Origin: a virus
DNA length: 11,872 nt
Virus genome (UHGV): UHGV-1566471
Reading direction: 5' to 3' (one strand)
Shown piece by piece: positions 1 to 7,659 of this stretch. The position numbers and the translations under genes were made by a program. Under the pieces are notes generated by a model that made no database searches, had not been told where the DNA came from, and saw nothing but the letters and a program-made list of their open reading frames with translations. Numbering within the stretch: position 1 is the first letter of the stretch; every line of letters begins with the position of its first letter.

Positions 1-257
1 ACCGAAAAAACAAAACTTCCGTCAGCTTTTTCAAATTCATTTTCATAGCAGTTGTCAACAGGCGGTTCTGAAAATACTGTTCCAAGAGCCTGTTTGTAAG
101 TTGCTTCACTAAGATTTTCAACATCATAACGAATAAGCACTCTGACATTTGTAATACTCTTTATACCAAGATAGCGCTTTACTTCTTCTTTGAGTTCTTT
201 TGCATGTACTGCATATGGCTGTTTCTTTTCAACATAAATCCTTCTTACACTTCCCAT
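1..257 (-). CDS. 5' part (about 85 codons) of a divergently oriented low-GC gene that runs off the left edge; N-terminus resembles the N-terminal domain of single-chain large PurL (FGAM synthase) of low-GC bacteria
   Basis: Minus-strand ATG at 255-257 preceded by GGAGG at 7-nt spacing (revcomp of 258-272 = ggaggcaccgca+ATG). Open to the window edge, translating MGSVRRIYVEKKQPYAVHAKELKEEVKRYLGIKSITNVRVLIRYDVENLSEATYKQALGTVFSEPPVDNCYENEFEKADGSFVFSV. Absent from the ORF track because it has no stop in the window. Region is visibly AT-rich, unlike the rest. Family assignment is from memory of PurL N-termini, not a search. Confidence 0.5.
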   Translation of the reverse strand, partial: MGSVRRIYVEKKQPYAVHAKELKEEVKRYLGIKSITNVRVLIRYDVENLSEATYKQALGTVFSEPPVDNCYENEFEKADGSFVFS

Positions 258-261
258 TGCG

Positions 262-564
262 GTGCCTCCATTTCCTTTTTCTTCCTGTTCCTGCTGTTAT
301 TTTGATGAGTTGCTTGAACTACTTGGGAAGGCCGCTCAGAGTCGTACGGAAAACTTCCTTAACCGTAAGTTGTATGCAACCGTAGATGACAGGCCTGCGG
401 ATGATCCTGATGGGCTTGTGATATCTGATGATGTGAAGCTGGCGCTCCTGCTACTTGTCAGCCATTTCTACGAAAACCGCTCAACGGTTACAGACGTTGA
501 GAAAATGGAGTTGCCAATGAGCTTTAACTGGTTGGTTGCTCCTTATCGCCTTATACCACTATGA
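262..564 (+). CDS. Phage gp6-like head-tail connector protein, probably 5'-truncated or disrupted (recognisable part starts about nt 304)
   Basis: C-terminal 85 aa (DELLELLGKAAQ...LALLLLVSHFYENRSTV...LVAPYRLIPL) fit the gp6-like connector pattern. The first 14 codons (PPFPFSSCSCCYF) are read from the pyrimidine-rich upstream region of the minus-strand gene and lack the usual N-terminal motif. In-frame starts are only GTG 262 or TTG 310, neither with a convincing RBS. Stop overlaps the next start (ATGA at 561-564). Confidence 0.55.
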   Translation: MPPFPFSSCSCCYFDELLELLGKAAQSRTENFLNRKLYATVDDRPADDPDGLVISDDVKLALLLLVSHFYENRSTVTDVEKMELPMSFNWLVAPYRLIPL

Positions 565-971
565 AAATTCGTCAGGCGCAGACCAGCGCAACCTACATTC
601 TGCCTGACCCAGGCGAGCTGAATAAACGCGTCCTGATCCGCCAGCGGGTGGATATGCCCGCGGATAACTTTGGCGTGGAGCCTCAATACCCGGTTACGTT
701 CCGGACATGGGCGAAGGTTATCCAGACCAGTGCCACCACCTGGCAGGAAACCGCGCAGACCGGAGATGCCATCACCCATTACATCACCATTCGTTACCGC
801 CGGGGGATCACCGCTGATTATGAGGTGGTCTGCGGTGACAGTGTGTACCGGGTGAAACGTCAGCGCGATCTGAACGGGGCGCGGCGCTTTCTGCTGCTGG
901 AGTGTACGGAGCTGGGCGAATGTAGGCAGAGTCACGGAGGCAACAATGACGACTTCCTTTTTGCACGTTGA
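561..971 (+). CDS. Phage head closure / head-tail adaptor protein
   Basis: 136-aa ORF, ATG overlapping the upstream stop (ATGA), position directly after the gp6-like connector; translation consistent with head-tail joining family proteins. Confidence 0.75.
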   Translation: MKIRQAQTSATYILPDPGELNKRVLIRQRVDMPADNFGVEPQYPVTFRTWAKVIQTSATTWQETAQTGDAITHYITIRYRRGITADYEVVCGDSVYRVKRQRDLNGARRFLLLECTELGECRQSHGGNNDDFLFAR

Positions 972-1452
972 TTTTCAGCAGCCCGCGGAGATGCGCTTTA
1001 ACCGCGCCCGTGTCCGGCGGGCGTTTGTCACGATTGGTCAGCGTCATATGCGTGATGCCCGTCGGCTGGTGATGCGCCGTGCACGGTCGGCACCGGGTGA
1101 AAACCCCGGTTATCAGACCGGACGCCTGGCTCGTTCGATTGGTTACATGGTACCCAGAGCCAGTAAACATCGCCCTGGTTTTATGGCACGTATAGCCCCT
1201 AACCAGCGTAATGGAGAGGGAAACCGCCGTATCAACGGTGATTTTTATCCGGCTTTTTTGTTCTATGGCGTGAGGCGAGGGGCAAAGCGTCGTCGCAGCC
1301 ATCATCGTGGTGCATCCGGTGGCAGCGGCTGGCGACTGGCTCCACGTAATAACTTTATGGTGGAAACGCTTGAAAAGAACCGCAGCTGGACACGCTATTT
1401 TCTGGCGCGGGAATTGCGTAAATCACTGAAGCCGGAGCGACGACACAGATGA
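946..1452 (+). CDS. HK97 gp10-family phage protein (tail completion / neck)
   Basis: 168-aa basic protein; GGAGG 8 nt upstream of ATG 946; motif LARSIGYMV...ARIAPN...YPAFLFYG resembles the HK97 gp10 family; overlaps upstream gene by 26 nt. The long antisense ORF 808..1305 is R-rich and judged spurious. Confidence 0.75.
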   Translation: MTTSFLHVDFQQPAEMRFNRARVRRAFVTIGQRHMRDARRLVMRRARSAPGENPGYQTGRLARSIGYMVPRASKHRPGFMARIAPNQRNGEGNRRINGDFYPAFLFYGVRRGAKRRRSHHRGASGGSGWRLAPRNNFMVETLEKNRSWTRYFLARELRKSLKPERRHR

Positions 1453-2009
1453 AACTGACGCCTGTTATTGCTGCGCTGCGTGCCCGCTGCCCGTATTTTG
1501 AAAACCGGGTGGCAGGCGCGGCACAGTTCAAAAATCTGCCGGAGGTCGGAAAGCTGAGACTCCCGGCGGCGTATGTGGTACCGGGTGATGACTCTCCGGG
1601 AGAAAACAAAAGCCAGACCGACTACTGGCAGGAGCTGAAAGAGGGTTTCTCCGTGGTTGTCATACTGAGTAACGGGCGTGATGAGCGCGGTCAGTTTGCC
1701 TCGTATGATGTGGTGGACGATGTCCGGCAGATGCTCTTTAAGGCTCTGCTGGGCTGGAACCCGGAAGCGTGCGGTAACCCGATTACCTATGACGGCGGCA
1801 CGCTGCTGGATCTGAATCGTCATGAGCTGATTTATCAGTTCGATTTTTCGGTCATCAGCGAGCTGACCGAAGACGATACCCGCCAGCAGGATGACCTGAA
1901 CAGTCTGGATGAACTGCGAACGCTGGCGATTGATGTTGATTATCTCGATCCCGGTAACGGGCCTGACGGCGATATCGAACATCACACCGAAATAACCCTT
2001 CCTTCCTGA
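1449..2009 (+). CDS. Mu gp37-like (DUF1834-type) virion morphogenesis protein
   Basis: 186-aa acidic protein MKLTPVIAALRARCPYFENRVAGAAQFKNL...; ATGA start/stop overlap with upstream gene; sits immediately upstream of the DUF2635-sheath-tube block as in Mu-like tail modules. Confidence 0.7.
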   Translation: MKLTPVIAALRARCPYFENRVAGAAQFKNLPEVGKLRLPAAYVVPGDDSPGENKSQTDYWQELKEGFSVVVILSNGRDERGQFASYDVVDDVRQMLFKALLGWNPEACGNPITYDGGTLLDLNRHELIYQFDFSVISELTEDDTRQQDDLNSLDELRTLAIDVDYLDPGNGPDGDIEHHTEITLPS

Positions 2010-2017
2010 GGATCCTC

Positions 2018-2188
2018 ATGTTTGTGAAACCTGTTAAAGGGCGGTCAGTGCCTGACCCTGCCCGCGGCGACCTTTTGCCCGCCGAAGGGCGAAATGTTGA
2101 CGAGAACAACTACTGGCTGCGCCGTGAAGCAGCGGGTGATATCCGGCGCGTGAATAAAAAGGTGAATACCGATGACGATAAGCTTTAA
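2018..2188 (+). CDS. Small Mu gp38-like protein (DUF2635-type), 56 aa
   Basis: Not in the ORF track (below 60 aa). ATG 2018 preceded by GAGGA; translation MFVKPVKGRSVPDPARGDLLPAEGRNVDENNYWLRREAAGDIRRVNKKVNTDDDKL; overlaps the sheath start by 17 nt; conserved position just upstream of the sheath gene. Confidence 0.6.
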   Translation: MFVKPVKGRSVPDPARGDLLPAEGRNVDENNYWLRREAAGDIRRVNKKVNTDDDKL

Positions 2189-3668
2189 CACCATTCCGTC
2201 GAATACGCTGGTTCCGTTGTTTTATGCGGAAATGGATAACCAGGCGGCGAATACTGCACAGGACAGCGGAGCATCGTTGCTGATTGGTCACGCCAATAAC
2301 GGTGCAGAGATTGTTGCCAACAGTCTGGTGCTGATGCCGTCGGCAGACTATGCACGCCAGATTTGTGGTGCGGGAAGTCAGCTGGCGCGTATGGTCGAGG
2401 CTTATCGCCAGACCGACCCGTTTGGCGAGCTGTATGTGATTGCCGTTCCGGAAGCCGCAGGCGCGGCGGCAACGGTTACTCTGACGGTGACCGGGGCGGC
2501 AACCGAAACCGGCACGGTGAATGTGTATGTGGGACATACCCGCGTGCAGGCACCGGTGACCAACGGCGATAACGTCGCGACGATTGCCGGCAGTATCCAG
2601 GATGCCATCAATGCCGTTCCGGCCCTGCCGTTTACGGCCTCATCTTCGGCTGGCGTGGTCACACTGACCGCGCGTCATAAGGGACTTTGCGGGAATGAAA
2701 TTCCTGTCAGCCTCAATTACTACGGCTTTGGTGGGGGCGAAGTGCTGCCAGCGGGTGTACAGATTGCTGTGGCGACGGGTACCGCCGGAACGGGCGCTCC
2801 TGTTCTCACCGGTGCGGTGGCTGCAATGGCGGATGAGCCGTTTGATTATATCGGCCTGCCGTTCAACGACACGGCCTCCGTTAACACGCTGGTGACCGAG
2901 ATGAACGATACCAGCGGTCGCTGGAGCTATGCGCGTCAGCTGTATGGTCATGTGTATACGTCAAAGACCGGTACGCTGTCAGAACTGGTGACCGCAGGTG
3001 ACCAGTTTAACCAGCAGCACATTACCCTGGCGGGGTACGAAAAAGAAACCCAGACACCTGCCGACGAGCTGGCGGCAAGCCGTACCGCCCGCGCAGCGGT
3101 GTTTATCCGCAACGATCCGGCACGTCCCACGCAGACCGGTGAGCTGGTGGGTATGCTGCCTGCGCCGAAGGGGAAACGGTTCACGATGACCGAGCAGCAG
3201 ACCCTGCTGTCTCATGGCGTGGCAACGGCGTATGTCGAAAGCGGGGTACTGCGCATTCAGCGTGATGTCACCACGTACAGGAAAAATGCTTACGGGGTTG
3301 CGGATAACAGCTACCTCGACAGCGAGACGCTGCATACCAGCGCGTATGTGCTGCGCAAACTGAAATCCGTCATTACCAGTAAGTACGGGCGTCACAAGCT
3401 TGCCAGTGACGGTACCCGCTTTGGTCCCGGTCAGGCGATTGTCACCCCGGCGGTGATCAAAGGGGAACTGCTGGCAACCTACCGTCAGCTTGAGCGTGCG
3501 GGGATCGTGGAAAACTACGAACTGTTTAAGCAGTACCTGGTTGTGGAGCGTGATGCCAGCGATCCGAACCGCCTGAACACGCTGTTCCCGCCTGACTATG
3601 TTAACCAGCTGCGTGTCTTTGCCGTGGTTAACCAGTTCCGTCTTCAGTATTCAGAGGAGTCCGCATAA
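2172..3668 (+). CDS. Contractile tail sheath protein (Mu gpL-like)
   Basis: 498-aa ORF, N-terminus MTISFNTIPSNTLVPLFYAEMDN typical of Mu-like sheath proteins; followed by the tube gene with TAATG overlap. Confidence 0.9.
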   Translation: MTISFNTIPSNTLVPLFYAEMDNQAANTAQDSGASLLIGHANNGAEIVANSLVLMPSADYARQICGAGSQLARMVEAYRQTDPFGELYVIAVPEAAGAAATVTLTVTGAATETGTVNVYVGHTRVQAPVTNGDNVATIAGSIQDAINAVPALPFTASSSAGVVTLTARHKGLCGNEIPVSLNYYGFGGGEVLPAGVQIAVATGTAGTGAPVLTGAVAAMADEPFDYIGLPFNDTASVNTLVTEMNDTSGRWSYARQLYGHVYTSKTGTLSELVTAGDQFNQQHITLAGYEKETQTPADELAASRTARAAVFIRNDPARPTQTGELVGMLPAPKGKRFTMTEQQTLLSHGVATAYVESGVLRIQRDVTTYRKNAYGVADNSYLDSETLHTSAYVLRKLKSVITSKYGRHKLASDGTRFGPGQAIVTPAVIKGELLATYRQLERAGIVENYELFKQYLVVERDASDPNRLNTLFPPDYVNQLRVFAVVNQFRLQYSEESA

Positions 3669-4024
3669 TGGCCCGTATCGGGGGAACCTGTTATTTCAAA
3701 ATTGACGGTCAGCAGCTATCGCTGACCGGCGGCATTGAGGTGCCCATGAACAGGACGGTCAATGATGACATCATCGGCCTGGACGGTTCAGTGGACCGCA
3801 AGGAAACTCACCGTGCGCCTTATGTCAAAGGGACCTTCAAGGTGCCGAAGAATTTTCCGGTGAACAAAATCACCTCGTCTGATGAGATGACAATCACTGC
3901 CGAGCTGGCGAACGGTCAGGTCTATGTACTGTCGTCTGCCTGGCTGCACGGCGAAGCGAACCATAATGCCGAAGAAGGCACGGTCGATCTTGAGTTCCAC
4001 GGTGAAGAAGGGGATTACCAGTAA
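3668..4024 (+). CDS. Tail tube protein (Mu gpM-like)
   Basis: 118-aa ORF immediately after the sheath; GAGGAG upstream; TAATG overlap at both ends; size and position match tube proteins of contractile tails. Confidence 0.85.
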   Translation: MARIGGTCYFKIDGQQLSLTGGIEVPMNRTVNDDIIGLDGSVDRKETHRAPYVKGTFKVPKNFPVNKITSSDEMTITAELANGQVYVLSSAWLHGEANHNAEEGTVDLEFHGEEGDYQ

Positions 4025-4293
4025 TGAAAGAGCTTGAGTTAAAGAAACCGATTACTGCTCATGGCGAGACACTCTCCGTACTGGAGTTTGATGAACCCAC
4101 CGGGAAGGATGTCCGCGAGCTGGGGTATCCCTACCAGATGAATCAGGATGAGTCAGTCAGACTTCTGGCGCATGTGGTGTCGAAATACATTGTGCGGCTG
4201 GCGAAAGTGCCGCAAAGCTCTGTCGACCAGATGTCTCCGGCAGACCTGAATGCAGCGGCGTGGCTTGTGGCTGGTTTTTTCCTCCAGGCCTGA
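4024..4293 (+). CDS. Tail assembly chaperone, short (in-frame) product
   Basis: 89-aa ORF between tube and tape measure genes; its 3' end overlaps a second ORF in the -1 frame, the conserved two-ORF arrangement of tail chaperones. Confidence 0.8.
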   Translation: MKELELKKPITAHGETLSVLEFDEPTGKDVRELGYPYQMNQDESVRLLAHVVSKYIVRLAKVPQSSVDQMSPADLNAAAWLVAGFFLQA

Positions 4294-4442
4294 CGGCTGA
4301 ATACCTCACTGATCGCTTCTTTGACTGCGCCAGCTACTGGCGCATTAATCCTTTCGAATTGCTGAATATGCCGATCAGTGAAATTCCCTTACTGGTCAGT
4401 CAGGCAAACAGGATAGAGCAGGAGAAACGCACACATGGCTGA
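4024..4442 (+). CDS. Tail assembly chaperone, long product by programmed -1 ribosomal frameshift at T TTT TTC (4275-4281)
   Basis: Slippery heptamer T-TTT-TTC in X-XXY-YYZ register of the upstream frame (codons GGT TTT TTC); the -1 frame stays open from 4260 to the stop at 4440-4442, which overlaps the tape measure start at 4435. Frameshifting is predicted, not shown. Confidence 0.55.
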
Positions 4443-6270
4443 ATTTGAGCTTAAGGCGTTGATCACCGGTGTCGACAGGCTTTCTCCCGCGCTGTCGAAA
4501 ATGCAAAAGAAAATCCGGGGATTTAAACGCCAGGCGGAAGAAGCGTCACAGGGTGGGCTGGCGCTTGGTGGCGGACTGGCAGCGGGTCTGACGCTTTCCC
4601 TGAAATCTTATGCCGATCAGGAAAACGCCGCCACCGGGCTGAAAGTCGCCATGATGGATGCGAACGGCGAGGTTGGAAAGAGCTTTCAGGACATCAATAA
4701 ACTGGCTATTGGCCTGGGTAACCAGCTACCCGGTACAACGGCTGATTTCCAGAACATGATGCAGATGCTGGTGCGTCAGGGGATCCCGGCAGAAAACATT
4801 CTGGGTGGTGTGGGTAAAGCGACAGCTTATCTTGCGGTACAACTGAAAAAAACACCGGAAGCGGCTGCTGAGTTTGCTGCAAAGATGCAGGATGCTACCG
4901 GAACGGCGTCAGAAGACATGATGGGGCTGTTCGACACTATCCAGAAGGCGTTTTATCTGGGCGTTGACGATACCAACATGTTGTCCTTCTTCACTAAAAC
5001 CAGTTCTGTTCTGAAGATGGTGAACAAGGACGGTCTTCAGGCTGCACAGAGCCTTGCCCCCATCAGCGTCATGATGGATCAGATGGGGATGAACGGGGAG
5101 TCGGCAGGTAATGCCCTGCGAAAAGTTATCCAGTCCGGATTAAGCGTTAAGAAAATCAGGGACGTCAATAAAGTCATGGCCCGCCAGAAACTCGGGGTAC
5201 AGCTCGATTTTACTGACGGCAAAGGGAGTTTTGGCGGTCTTGATAACATGTTTAAACAACTGGCAAAGCTGCGAAAACTGACCGACGTTAAGCGAACAGG
5301 TGTACTTAAGGCAATATTTGGTGATGATGCCGAAACCCTTCAGGTGGTAAATGCTCTGATCGATAAAGGAAAGGATGGTTACGATCAGATCCAGCAGAAG
5401 ATGAATAAACAGGCCAGTCTGAATAAACGTGTTCAGGCCCAGCTTGGTACGCTGTCCAACCTGTGGGAGGCAATGACGGGGACCGCAACTAACGGCCTTG
5501 CGGCTATTGGCGGCGCATTTTCTGGTGACGCCAAAAATATCACGCAATGGCTGGGGGAGTTAGGGGAAAAATTCACGAAGTTTGCGGATGAAAATCCCCG
5601 GGTTATTCGCGGCGTCGTCGGGCTTGCTGCCGGTCTTGCGATTCTGAAACTGGGATTGATGGGCGTGGGCAGTGCCATCAGTATCGTCAGCAGGATCATG
5701 TCGATGACGCCGATTGGCATGATTGCGACGGCGATTGCCCTGGCTGCGGGATTAATTATCACTAACTGGGATGTTGTCGGACCTTATTTTAAGAAACTCT
5801 GGGAAACCATTAGTCCTTATTTTGAGGCTGGCTGGGAACTTCTGAAGAAGGTTTTTGCCTGGTCGCCGCTGGGGATGGTGATCAATAACTGGGGACCGGT
5901 TGTTAAGTGGTTTCAGGATATGTGGGATAAGCTGAAGCCGATTATTGAATGGTTTACCGACAGTTCCGGTGACACGGTCGATGCCATTAACTCGGCGCAG
6001 TGGGGCGCGGGTGCTTATGATGCTTATGGGACGGGATTCCCGGCGCGGGGATACACACCTTATCCGGCGATGGATCCGGCTCAGGCAAACAACGCCTCCG
6101 ATGCCACAGGCCCGAATCCCTTCATGATTAACAAAGCTTCTGCGCCAAAAGTTGATGGTGAGATCAAGGTCTCTTTTGTGAATTCGCCTCCGGGTATGCG
6201 GGTTATGGAAACGCGATCCAGCGGTTTTGATGTCAGCCATGATGTTGGCTATACGCGCTTTGGCAGGTAA
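4435..6270 (+). CDS. Tail tape measure protein
   Basis: 611-aa ORF directly after the chaperone pair; Gly/Ala-rich, helix-prone N-terminal part and a hydrophobic segment (VVGLAAGLAILKLGLMGVGSAISIV...IATAIALAAGLIITNW) typical of tape measure proteins. Confidence 0.9.
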   Translation: MAEFELKALITGVDRLSPALSKMQKKIRGFKRQAEEASQGGLALGGGLAAGLTLSLKSYADQENAATGLKVAMMDANGEVGKSFQDINKLAIGLGNQLPGTTADFQNMMQMLVRQGIPAENILGGVGKATAYLAVQLKKTPEAAAEFAAKMQDATGTASEDMMGLFDTIQKAFYLGVDDTNMLSFFTKTSSVLKMVNKDGLQAAQSLAPISVMMDQMGMNGESAGNALRKVIQSGLSVKKIRDVNKVMARQKLGVQLDFTDGKGSFGGLDNMFKQLAKLRKLTDVKRTGVLKAIFGDDAETLQVVNALIDKGKDGYDQIQQKMNKQASLNKRVQAQLGTLSNLWEAMTGTATNGLAAIGGAFSGDAKNITQWLGELGEKFTKFADENPRVIRGVVGLAAGLAILKLGLMGVGSAISIVSRIMSMTPIGMIATAIALAAGLIITNWDVVGPYFKKLWETISPYFEAGWELLKKVFAWSPLGMVINNWGPVVKWFQDMWDKLKPIIEWFTDSSGDTVDAINSAQWGAGAYDAYGTGFPARGYTPYPAMDPAQANNASDATGPNPFMINKASAPKVDGEIKVSFVNSPPGMRVMETRSSGFDVSHDVGYTRFGR

Positions 6271-6293
6271 TGAAAAATTAATCTGTTAATGAG

Positions 6294-6316
6294 TCCCACT
6301 CCGGTGGGATTTTTTA
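6294..6316 (+). terminator. Possible weak intrinsic terminator or attenuator between tape measure and DNA circularization genes
   Basis: Hairpin TCCCAC (6294-6299), loop TCCG, GTGGGA (6304-6309), followed by a run of six T (6310-6315). Stem is only 6 bp, so at most partial termination. Confidence 0.3.
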
Positions 6317-6330
6317 TGTACGGAGTTTAT

Positions 6331-7659
6331 ATGACGTGGAAAGACAGACTTCAGGACGCGTCATTTCGCGGTGTGCCGTTTAAGGTTGAAGAAGAAAGTG
6401 CGGGAACCGGTCGCCGTGTGGAAACGCACGAATACCCGAACCGCGACAAACCCTATACCGAAGACCTGGGGAAAATCACTTTCCGCCCGTCCATCACGGC
6501 TTATGTGGTGGGAGATGACTGCTTTGACCAGCGCGATCGCCTGATTGACGCGCTGAATAAACCCGGTCCTGGCACGCTTGTCCATCCGACTTACGGTGAG
6601 CTGAAAGCCTGTGTTGACGGGGAAGTTCGGGTCAGCACATCGAAGAGTGAAGGGCGTATTGTCCGCTTTGACCTGAAGTTTGTCGAAGCGGGAGAACTCT
6701 CTTACCCCACATCAGGTGCGGCGACGGCGCAGACGCTGATGTCATCCTGTTCTGCACTGGATGACTGCATCAGTGATAGCTTCAGTGGTTTCAGTATCGA
6801 TGGCGTGGCAGATTTTGTGCAGAACGACGTCGTCGGTAATGCCAGCACAATGCTTGGGTATGTTTCTGATGCGATGAAAGTGGTGGATTTTGCCGTATCG
6901 GATGCCGCCAGGCTGTTGCAGGGGGATATCTCGGTACTTCTGCCGCCGCCATCGTCAGGCAAAAATTTCGTTGAGCAGGTGCAGAAAATGTGGCGTACCG
7001 GGAAACGCCTTTATGGTAACGCCAGCGACCTGGTCACCATGATCAAAACGCTTTCCGGTGTCAGCCTCGGCAGCGATCTGCAACCGCGCGGCGTCTGGAA
7101 AACGGACAGTAAAACCACCGCCACGGCGACGCAGCAGCGTAACGTGGTTGCCAGCACCCTTCGTACGACCGCAATCAGCGAAGCGGCGTATGCCGTCACC
7201 CGATTGCCTGCGCCAACAACTTCCGCGGTGATGCAGAATGCCGCAGTGGGGCAGGCAACAACACCCGCGCAGAGCACCGGCTGGCCTTCTGTCACGCATC
7301 CGGCACTGAACAATGCACCGGCGGTGAAAAACACGGTTGACCTGCCAACGTGGGAAGAACTGACCGACATTCGCGACACACTGAATACGGCAATTGATAA
7401 GGAGTTGTCCCGTACAACCAGTGATGCGCTGTTTCTGGCGCTGCGCCGGGTGAAAGCAGATCTGAATGCGGATATCAACACGCGCCTTGAACAGTCTGCT
7501 CGGATCATTCAGCGCACGCCGGATGAGGTTTTACCCGCGCTGGTGCTGGCGGCGGCCTGGTTTGATAACGCGGCGCGTGACGCGGACATTATCCGGCGTA
7601 ATGCCATTACGCATCCCGGCTTTGTGCCGGTGATCCCTCTGAAGGTGCCAGTGCAATGA
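6331..7659 (+). CDS. DNA circularization protein (Mu gpN / gp43-like)
   Basis: N-terminus MTWKDRLQDASFRGVPFKVEEE matches the DNA circulation protein N-terminal motif. ATG 6331 preferred (GGAG 4 nt upstream); the ORF track start 6289 and ATG 6316 are in-frame alternatives. Stop overlaps the next start (ATGA 7656-7659). Confidence 0.85.
   Translation: MTWKDRLQDASFRGVPFKVEEESAGTGRRVETHEYPNRDKPYTEDLGKITFRPSITAYVVGDDCFDQRDRLIDALNKPGPGTLVHPTYGELKACVDGEVRVSTSKSEGRIVRFDLKFVEAGELSYPTSGAATAQTLMSSCSALDDCISDSFSGFSIDGVADFVQNDVVGNASTMLGYVSDAMKVVDFAVSDAARLLQGDISVLLPPPSSGKNFVEQVQKMWRTGKRLYGNASDLVTMIKTLSGVSLGSDLQPRGVWKTDSKTTATATQQRNVVASTLRTTAISEAAYAVTRLPAPTTSAVMQNAAVGQATTPAQSTGWPSVTHPALNNAPAVKNTVDLPTWEELTDIRDTLNTAIDKELSRTTSDALFLALRRVKADLNADINTRLEQSARIIQRTPDEVLPALVLAAAWFDNAARDADIIRRNAITHPGFVPVIPLKVPVQ

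Noticed and set aside
200-385. 61-aa plus-strand ORF spanning the composition junction
   Set aside because: Lies antisense to the minus-strand gene start and crosses the junction; no RBS; translation is low complexity.
808-1305. 165-aa minus-strand ORF overlapping the head closure and HK97 gp10-like genes
   Set aside because: Same reasoning: antisense artefact of high GC; the plus-strand ORFs carry the family motifs and RBS.
1395-1985. 196-aa minus-strand ORF almost fully overlapping the gp37-like gene
   Set aside because: Antisense ORF in GC-rich coding DNA; R/I/Q-rich translation with no recognisable family; the plus-strand gene is translationally coupled to its neighbours.
2034-2537. 167-aa minus-strand ORF across the DUF2635/sheath start
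   Set aside because: Arg/His/Cys-rich antisense translation; the region is occupied by the sheath gene.
5752-6240. 162-aa minus-strand ORF and other minus or alternative-frame ORFs inside the tape measure gene (5140..5547, 5433..5762, 5945..6127)
   Set aside because: All lie inside the 611-aa tape measure ORF; no RBS or family signal; typical overlapping ORF noise.
6289-6330. ORF-track start at 6289 (and ATG 6316) for the DNA circularization protein
   Set aside because: No RBS before 6289 and the extra N-terminal residues lie over the hairpin/T-tract; ATG 6331 gives the conserved N-terminus. Kept as an alternative in the feature evidence.
7011-7508. 165-aa minus-strand ORF inside the DNA circularization gene
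   Set aside because: Antisense to a confidently assigned gene; low-complexity Ala/Arg/Ser/Val composition.
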